This document shows positions 49,352 through 64,000 of a stretch of 64,000 bases of DNA, in pieces. Position 1 is the stretch's first letter. The number at the start of each line of letters is the position of its first letter. This stretch comes from the human T2T-CHM13v2.0 reference genome, Homo sapiens. The DNA is taken from the NCBI RefSeq assembly GCF_009914755.1, contig NC_060931.1; one strand, written 5' to 3'. The position numbers and the translations under genes were made by a program. The notes beneath the pieces were generated by a model, which was not told where the DNA came from, did no database searches, and saw nothing but the letters and a program-made list of their open reading frames with translations.

Positions 49352-50945
49352 TTTTTATAATTTCAACTTTTATTTTAGATATAGGGTATACATGTGCAGG
49401 TTTGTTGCATGGATGTATTGTATGATGCTGAGGTTTGGGGTATGGATCCCGTCACCCAGGCAGTGAGCATAGTAACTAATGGGTAGTTTTTCAACCCATG
49501 CCCCCATTCCTTGTTACCCCATCTAATAGCCTGCAGTGTCTATTGTTCTCGTCTTTATGTCCATGTGTACTCAGTGTTCAGCTCCCACTTATAAGTAAGA
49601 AAATGCATTATTTGGTTTTCTTTTTCTGTGTTAATTTTCTTAAGATTGTGACCTCTAACTGCATCCATGCTGCTGCATAGGACATGATTTCATTCTTTTT
49701 TATGGCTGTGTAGTATTCCATGGTGTATATGTACCACTTTTTCTTTATCCAATCCTTTGCTGATAGGCACCTGGGTTGATTCCATGTCTTTGTAATTGTA
49801 AATAGTGCTGTGAGGAACATAAGAGCACATGGGTCCTTTTGGTAGAATGATTTATTTTCCTTTGGGACATACCAAGTAATGAGATTGCTGGGTTGAATTG
49901 TAGTCCTGTTTTAATTTCTTTAATAAATCTCCAGACTACTTTCCATAGTGGCTGAACTAATTTACATTTCCACCAACAGTGTTTAAGCATTTCCTTTTCT
50001 CTGCAGCCTTGCTAGCATATGTTATTATTTGACTTTTTAATAATAGTGGGTTTGATTTGCATTTCTGTAATGATTGGTGATGATAAGCATTTTTTCATGT
50101 TTATTGGCCATTTACATGTCTTCTTTAGAGAAGTGTCTGTTCATGTCCTTTGGCTATTTTTTAATGGGGTTATTTGACTTTTGCTTCTTGATTTAAGTTT
50201 CTTATAGAATCTGGATGTTAGACCTTTGTTGGATGCATAGCTTGTGAATACTTTCTCCTACTCTGTAGGTTGTCTACTCTGTTGATAGCTTTTTTCACTG
50301 TGAAGAAGCTCTGTAGTTTAATTAAGTCCAACTTGTCAATTTTTGTTTTTGTTGTAATTGCTTTTGGGGGCTTAGCCAAAAATATTTTGCCAAGACCAAC
50401 GTTGAGAAATCAGACAAGACACATAAATGGAAAAAAACATTCCATGCTCATGGATTTGAGGAATCAAAGCAATGTACAGATTCGACACTATTCTTATCAA
50501 ACTAGCAACGTCATTTTTCACAGAATTAGAAAAAAACTATTCTAAAATTCCTATGGAACCAGAAAAAGAGCCCAAATAGCCAAAGCAATCCTAAGCAAAA
50601 AGAAGAAAACCAGAGGTATCACACTACCCAACATCAAGCTGTACTATAAGGCTATAGTAACCAAAATAGCATAGTACTGGTATAAAAACAGACACATAGC
50701 AATAGAACAGTATAGAAAATCCAGAAATAAAGCCACACACCTACAACCATCTAATCTTTGACAAAGGTGACAAAAACAAGCAGTAGGGAAAGACTCTATT
50801 CAATAAATGGTACTGGGACAACTGGCTAGCCATGTGCAGAAGAATGAAACTGAACCCTTACCTTTCACTGTATAAAAAAATTAACTCGAGATGGATTGAA
50901 GATTTAAATGTAAGACCTCAAACTATAAAAATCCTAGAAGGAAAT
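49352..50945 (-). mobile_element. 5'-truncated, 5'-inverted L1 (L1PA/L1PB type)
   Basis: Antisense 3' end at 49352-~50407 joined to a sense ORF2 piece at ~50408-50945. Confidence 0.85.
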
Positions 50946-52229
50946 GCTCTTCATGTTCTTCTTTTTCTTTGGTTATTTTAGCTCTTTTGTATTTCACACA
51001 GATTTTAAAATCAGCTTGTCACTTTTTAACAACAAGACCACCTTCTGGAATTTTGACTGTAATTGCTTTTATTCTTAAGACCAATTTTTGAATATTTGTC
51101 ATCTCTTTTTTTTCTCTGTCTCTTTCTCTCATCTACTTACCTACTTATCTACCTATCTAGCTCTATATAATTACCATTTACTTAGATCTTTAATTACTCT
51201 TAGCAATGTTTTATAATTTTTGGCGTATAGTTCTTGTACATATTTTGTTAAATATGTCCTAAGTATTTTTAAGTTTTTGATGGTATTTTAAATATATTTT
51301 AAATTTCTCCTAACAGTTTATGGATAATATATTATAACCTATATTCACTTAATATGATATATGAGAGATATTTTTCAAATGGTTTTATTTTCTATTTATG
51401 GGTGAAAACTTGCTAAAGAAAAAATATGAAGGAATTAAACAACTTCTCTCTTCAGAGCTCAGTTCAGTCTTTGGACTTGCTTTTTAACATAATCTGATAA
51501 GAAGCTCTAGGAGAGGCATGTGGTATTCTGAAATTAAATAGATCTAGGTTTGAATACCATCTCAGTAACTTTCTAGTTGTATATCTTCTGGAAAATTACT
51601 TATTTTGTTGTCTCCATTTATTCTTCTTTAGTATCTACAACATACACCTATGTTGTAATTTTATGAGGATAAAATGATTTAACATACATAAAACATTCCT
51701 GGCACATGAGTTCTGAACAAAATGTGTTATTAATATGTAAAGTAAATAAAACTCTATTCTAAACATTTAATATGAGCTACTTTACATAAAATTAGCATGT
51801 CTAACTTATGAAAACAAAATGAAAATAAATAAATACGTAAATAAAATAAAGTTAGTGTGGTTAATAAGATAATAAGACAATAAGGCATCCAAAAGTCAAA
51901 AAGAGGAGGTTGACCAGCCATCCTGAATTTCAAAGCTGTAGCAGGACTTGAGCCTTATAAGGGCATACTACGGTGCCAATTTTTAAATTTAAGAACTGTA
52001 TTTATTAAATGCATTTTAATATTCCTGTCTCTTGGGAAAGTACATATTTTTTCTCAAATTAAGCCTTTGTGAAAGATGAACGTTTAATCAGGGGTTTGCT
52101 AGGTGAGCAAGGAATGATAATAAAAGGAGTTAGTGCCCATGATTAGACAGTCAACACTTTGGTACCTCAGTGAGTCTTGCCAATGGGACTGCAGACTGTT
52201 TTTGTTGTCAGATCATGACAAGTGCTTGG

Positions 52230-53290
52230 TATATATCCATTCATCAATTGATGGACATTTGGGTTGTTTCCACTTTTTGGCTATTATAAATAATGCTGCT
52301 ATGAACATCTGAATATAAGTCCTTGAATAGACACACTTTTAAAAACTCTCTTGTATATTATACATACCTGGGAGTGAAATTTCTGGCTTATGTGGTAACT
52401 CTATGTTTAACTGTTGATAAAATATCCAACTGTTTTCTATAGAGGCAGCACCATTTTACATCTCAATCAGCAGTGTATGAGGGTTCTGATCTCTCTTCTT
52501 CCTTGTCAACATTTATTATCTATTTTTTTATTATGATCATTCCAGTGGGTGAAAAGCTGTAGTTTTTTGTGGTTTTGATTAATTTATATTTCTCTGATAA
52601 CTAATGTTGTTGAACATCTTTACATGTACTTATTATTCATGTGTACATTTTCTTCAGAGAAATGATTGCTTATATTCTTTTCACATTGTAAAATTAAAGT
52701 GTCCTTATTATTGAATCATAAACAGTCTTTATAGAATTTAGCTAAAAGTCCCTTATCCGATGCAGGATTTTCAAATATTCTCTCTCATTTAGCAGGTGCC
52801 TCTTTTGAGGCACAAACTTTTAAATTTTGATGAAGTCTAATTTATCTATTTTTTTCTATTCGTTTAATGTGCTTTTGGTGTTATAGCTAAGAAACCATTG
52901 CACATTACAAAGTCCCAAGTATTTGCTACTAGATTTTCTTCTAAGAGTTTTATAGTTTTAGCTCTTACATTTAGGTCTTTGATTCTTTTTGAGTTAATTT
53001 TTGTGTATGGTGTGAGGCAGGGGTCTAACTTCTTTCTTTTGTATGTGGATTACAGTTGTCCCAGAATCATCTGTGAAAAGTCTATTATTTTTCTCATTGA
53101 ATTATTTTGGAATTTTTGTTAAAAATCAATAGACCATTACTGTGAGGATTTATTTCTGAATTTTCATTTCTATTGCCTTAATCTATATGTCTATTCTTAT
53201 GTCAGCACTGCACTGTCTTGATTACAGTGGATTTGTAGTAAGTTTTAAAATCAGGAAGCATGAGTTCTTCAATTTAGTTCTTTTTCAAAA
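52230..53290 (-). mobile_element. Old L1M fragment, antisense
   Basis: atccattcatcaattgatggacatttgggttgtttccac...tggtgtgaggcaggggtc. Confidence 0.75.
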
Positions 53291-53308
53291 ATGGGCCTTA
53301 TTTTAAAG

Positions 53309-53523
53309 CGGTTTTTCTCAACCTCAGCAATACTGACGTTTTGGGCTAAATAATTATTTTGTGGTGGTGGCTGGGCTGGTTATTATACATGTTTAGCAGC
53401 ATCCCTGCCCTCTCCCCACTTGATGTCAAAAGCAAAGTTATCTTCAAGATAACTACATGATCTCTAAATATTGTAAAATGTCTCCAGAGAGGCAAAATTA
53501 CTGCTGGTTGAGGATCAATGTTT
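53309..53523. mobile_element. MER20 hAT MITE
   Basis: tttctcaacctcagcaatactgacgttttgggc...gtttagcagcatccctgccctct...ggcaaaattactgctggttgag. Confidence 0.75.
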
Positions 53524-54409
53524 TAAGAGAACATAGAAAGTCCTTTGATACAGGTTTAGCTAATTAGGACTAGATGAGTGATGTCATAGTAGGTTAATAA
53601 CATCACAATTAGTATGCAAAATCAACCCCCTATGAGCAATATGTTTCAAAAATTTAAAGGAATAAAGCCATTTCCTACAAGATTTTAACTTTCTATTACA
53701 GTATATTTTAGTCTTAAGATTAAAAATTAATAGTACCTGAAACTTTCAAACTTGTAAATTTTTATGGAGAAGGTTTTTAGCCTTTTTAAACATCAAATAT
53801 GCTTAAAAATTCAAATTCAGACTACTAAGATACAGTGTAAGTGTCATTTAAATGTTCTATTAGCAGACTTGGAACCATTTATTTAACTTTTCCTCACATA
53901 GGTGATATAATGGCTGTTCAAGGATAATCTTAAAAGAACATGTTAACAGAATCCCATTCTTTACAATTTTTTTATTAACTGCTAGAAGAGGCTGTAGTGT
54001 TTGCCCAGGTTGCATTTTCTAGCCAAGACTAAATTTTAAAATATGAGTTGTATAATTGCTTCCATAAAAGTGGAGGTAATTTAGAATACTTCGAGAGTTA
54101 GTTGGTTTGGGAGAGAATATGTTGGAATACTGACAAGAGTTGGAATGTTGAGAAGGGCCAAGAACAGAACATGAAGTGAAACTGATTTTTCAGAAACAGG
54201 GAGTTATAGGAACCATATGGGAAGGAGACATAAAGTAAGGAGTATTTCAAAGGAGAGGTGTGTGGGCAAAGTGGCCTAAAAATCCTGAACAGTGTGAGGA
54301 GATATTTAGATTTTATATACTATGTCACTGGTGACTTAGAAAGGGTCAGATTCCATGGAAAAAGGAAACACAGGAGCTGGAGTTTAGGAGATGTAAGATT
54401 GAATTATGA

Positions 54410-54769
<360 letters not shown>

Positions 54770-55613
54770 CAGCAAAGGCTACCTTTTTAAGATGTATGGT
54801 AATAAAAAGGAGATGCGGTAGTAGCTCGATATAAATAGAATTAGGTAAAAGTATTATCAGAACAGAGTACTCTGGAGCATAAATGTAGCTTGAAAAAGCA
54901 GAGAAGGTATAGGGAAGAATCGATGGAATAAATTCTACAGAGGCAGAAGTGCTTGGAATCTGGAGCACTGTGGGAGGATGAGCTAAGAGTAGGGAGAGAA
55001 GAATGGTGAAGGTGAAGATTGATGACGACTTTGACGACAGTGAGCAATCAATTTTAAGCACTTATTGTGCACAAGCCGAACATTATGTACCTTATTGCCA
55101 CTAACTAGGTACTATTATCTCCATTCTATAGATGATAAAATGTTAAGTAACTTGTCTGAGTTTGCACAGCTATTAAGTACAAGAGTTGGGATTTCAACCC
55201 ATGTCTACCTGACTTGGGAGCCTAAATTCCTAACCACTCGCCTCTGCTTTATCATCATAGTCTTTAACACCACTGCTATGTGAACTCCTATGACTACATG
55301 CTTGCTGTCTCGCACAGAATAACCAAACAGTAGTCTCCACACTTCAGGTAATCTATCCTTTGTTCAACCCAGATTCTCTTGCATTTGTAACCTTCTGACC
55401 TCCCCGGCAAGGTACCCATTTGCATTTGCACATCCCCACACTAACATGCAGTGAAATAGTCTCTTAGCCACTCTCTTCAGTGCTCCTCAGAGAGGTGACA
55501 ATCATCAGTAACTGTGACCCCATTGAGAGTGTGGTTTCTGACCACGCTCAAGATTATTTGCTGCAATTGAAGCAGTTAGTAGTTGCTTATTCTTTTCTTT
55601 TCCTTGTTTGCAG

Positions 55614-55663
55614 ATACCTATGAAAATGGAAATTATTTTTTGGCAAACTTTATAGCAGCTCAG
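55614..55663 (+). CDS. MGAM2: Last exon found in window
   Basis: ttgcag|AT..CAG|gtaaga; 50 nt; DTYENGNYFLANFIAAQ; same size and phase as its module-1 paralogue at 9025-9074. Confidence 0.9.
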
Positions 55664-55974
55664 GTAAGACTAATTTACTACATTTTACAAATCTTTTCCC
55701 AGGTGTCTACAGATTAAACATTACAGTTAACTGCGTAAATGTAATATCCCACATCTTAATAGGAGGTTCTTCTTGCCTTTACTTTTATAATCCAGGTCTG
55801 TTGTCATTAAAGTAAGGAAGAAACAATCCTTACTTTGGCAGTTTTCCAGTATACTATCTCCATGAAAAGAAACTTGGAATTCATACAATGCTGGGGAAAA
55901 AATGGGGCCTTAAATGTGTAACATGTTTTCCAAAGATGAGAAATTTACTAGCTGATAAATTTTGAAAGAAAAAT

Positions 55975-56450
55975 GCTATATAAGCTACTTATTATGCAAT
56001 AATGCATAAAAGACGACCTCAAAACCTTAGTGGTATCTAACAATAAGCACTTACTTAGCTCATGAGCTTGCAGGGCTCAGAGGATGTGGGTCTGGTCTTG
56101 GCTGATCTTTGCTAGCTCACATACATCTCCAGTTAGTCTTGGGTCTATTGGGCTGTTTAGATAATCTTGGCTGTATTCACATATCTGGGGGGTCAGCTGA
56201 CTCTCATATGATTTATCATGGCCTTGTGGGAAGGTCTAGGCACGGCTTCTTCATAATTATGGAAGAGGGCTAAAATAAAAATAAAAGTGGAGATCCCTTA
56301 GTTCTTTATAATTTTTTTGTATCGAGTTGACTAATTTCCCATTACCAAAGCAAAATCACATGGTCAAGCCCAGAGACAGAAGAGGGACAGAATGCCTCAA
56401 CTGGAGTGGGAGGGCATTGCAAAACTGCATGGAAAGGGGTATGGATTTGT
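55975..56450. mobile_element. Old MLT1-type LTR
   Basis: ctcaaaaccttagtgg...caataagcacttacttagctcatgag...caaagcaaaatcacatggtcaagcccaga. Confidence 0.6.
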
Positions 56451-56945
56451 AAGGGTTGAATATTTCATAACAGTGATGCAATCAATGCACCTTGCATATT
56501 AAATGATCCCATTGGTAATCTACATAATTTTAATTAGAGTATGAGGAGAATCATTCTAGGTCAAACTGGATTCTGCTTCTCTATTTTTACCTAGTCACTT
56601 TAACCAAGAAGTAATATAGCACAAATCTATTTTTTTTCTATAACAGTGATTCACATATTTGAAGATGTCTCTCAGTTATTTCTTTTGTCTTCTTAGAATT
56701 ATACATCACCAGGCTAACTTCATATTTTCTCTATTTCCTGCTTATAGTGGTTTCCAGGTCTGATCATTCTGTTTAGACTCCAGTTAACTTAGATTTCTTT
56801 TAAAACATCAGAACCGAGAGCATATTTTAGAGCTGTCTATCCAGTATGATAGCCACTAGCCACATGTGGCTATTGAACACTTGAAATGTGACCAGCCTAA
56901 TTTGAAATATTCAAAAGTTAGCTTAAAAAATTCAAAAATGATTTG

Positions 56946-62826
<5,881 letters not shown>

Positions 62827-63571
62827 TCATGAATAATTTTATATTGAAAAATGTTGTAATAATAACATTTTGGCTATATCATGTAAATAAAATATATTTT
62901 GAAATTAATGTACCCTTTTTCTTTTCACTTTTTAAAAAAATGTGACTACTAGAAAATATTCAATTACATATATAGTTTCCCTTATATTTCTATAAGATGG
63001 CATAGACTTCCATGTTGCCTACTACCTCTTTTTAGCTAGAGTCTATATTTTTTCTGCTGTTATTACATTGTGTTATTTTTTAACACATGTATCAGATGTT
63101 TGGCACATATAAATCTCATGGTCAGCTAAGACCTTCAAATTATTCTCATAGACATGATTATCAGGTCATATTGTTCCATCCTGCATTTGGCCTCTCTGAA
63201 ACTAACTGCTAGACTTTGTATACTAATTAAATTTGTGTATTCTCTGCCCTTAAGAGTAGTTGGGTTGAAGACTCTACATATTTTTTCCTCTCAAATATTA
63301 TTTTAATGAATATTATTTTAATGATCTGGAAGTCCTGAATTTTAGTTCTATTTCTACTGCTATTATTCAAATTCGGAGAGACACTGTTTAATCTGTGTTT
63401 TTTAAAAAATTGTAAAACATTAGATTGCCCTTTAATAACATCTAACTTCAAAATTCCATTTTTCTGATAAATGAATTCTTATTTCTGTGATGTTTGATAG
63501 ATTATTTCCTTAAGAATAAGGGGCCTGAAATGAAAGAAAGATCGCAACTTTCCTTAGGGGATAACTATTAT

Positions 63572-63757
63572 CAGCGGTTTCCTGGTTGGTAAACCAGCTT
63601 GTGGGGGTGGGAGATGATTTGTAACATTTGCTAATTTCTGTAGTGTAGCTTCTCCCACCATCTTAACCAATTTCAAGCATCAGCTGGCTTGCAAAATTCT
63701 AGGAAATTTAAAAATCAACTCTCTCAAATCAATAAGAACTAGCTTTAGTACACCCAT
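63572..63757. mobile_element. Possible MER63-type hAT fragment
   Basis: ctggttggtaaaccagc...gatttgtaacatttgctaatttc...gaactagctttagtacacc. Confidence 0.45.
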
Positions 63758-64000
63758 TTATTTTGAGCTGTATATTTTTTCCTTGATTCTGCCTGCCCAG
63801 TAGCAAAAGTCTTGTTCATCCTTCATGATGCCAATTGAACATGTTTCTTTTTTCTCTTCCTACTGCAGCCATCATAATTGAGAAATGCATAGCTTCCCTC
63901 TGCTACAACTATCTCCTTGATTATTGCATGTAATCTTCAAAATCTTTCCTTACATACCTAACTGGCCTCACGTCTCTGTTTGCTCAGCACCAGCTATGGT

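Overview
Primate (human-like; AluY/AluS/AluJ, L1PA, THE1) genomic DNA lying entirely inside one + strand gene of the intestinal GH31 alpha-glucosidase family (SI/MGAM/MGAM2). It is most consistent with MGAM2 (maltase-glucoamylase 2). I traced 31 GT-AG exons by hand from 1087 to 55663. Together they give 3553 nt (1 split base + 1184 codons) with no stop or frameshift. They cover the distal half of the N-terminal GH31 module, a 4-Cys trefoil/P-type domain, and most of the second (C-terminal) GH31 module. Start and stop codons lie outside the window. The key observation is that the frame is intact but both modules carry active-site lesions. The second module keeps the nucleophile (WIDMNE) but has HRLGNN instead of HWLGDN, so the acid/base Asp is lost, and it has His at the CtMGAM Trp1369 subsite position. 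The first module keeps HWLGDN but has GANICGY instead of GxDICGF. This suggests a pseudo-glycosidase or carbohydrate-binding protein. The introns are repeat-rich: about 18 Alus, several L1s (including a 5'-inverted L1 and a near-full-length sense L1PA nested in MER33), THE1/MLT1 LTRs and hAT/Tigger DNA elements. They also contain several fold-back and templated-insertion scars. No RNA genes, CRISPR arrays or prokaryote-type systems are supported. Nearly all ORFs in the supplied track are repeat-derived or exon read-through.
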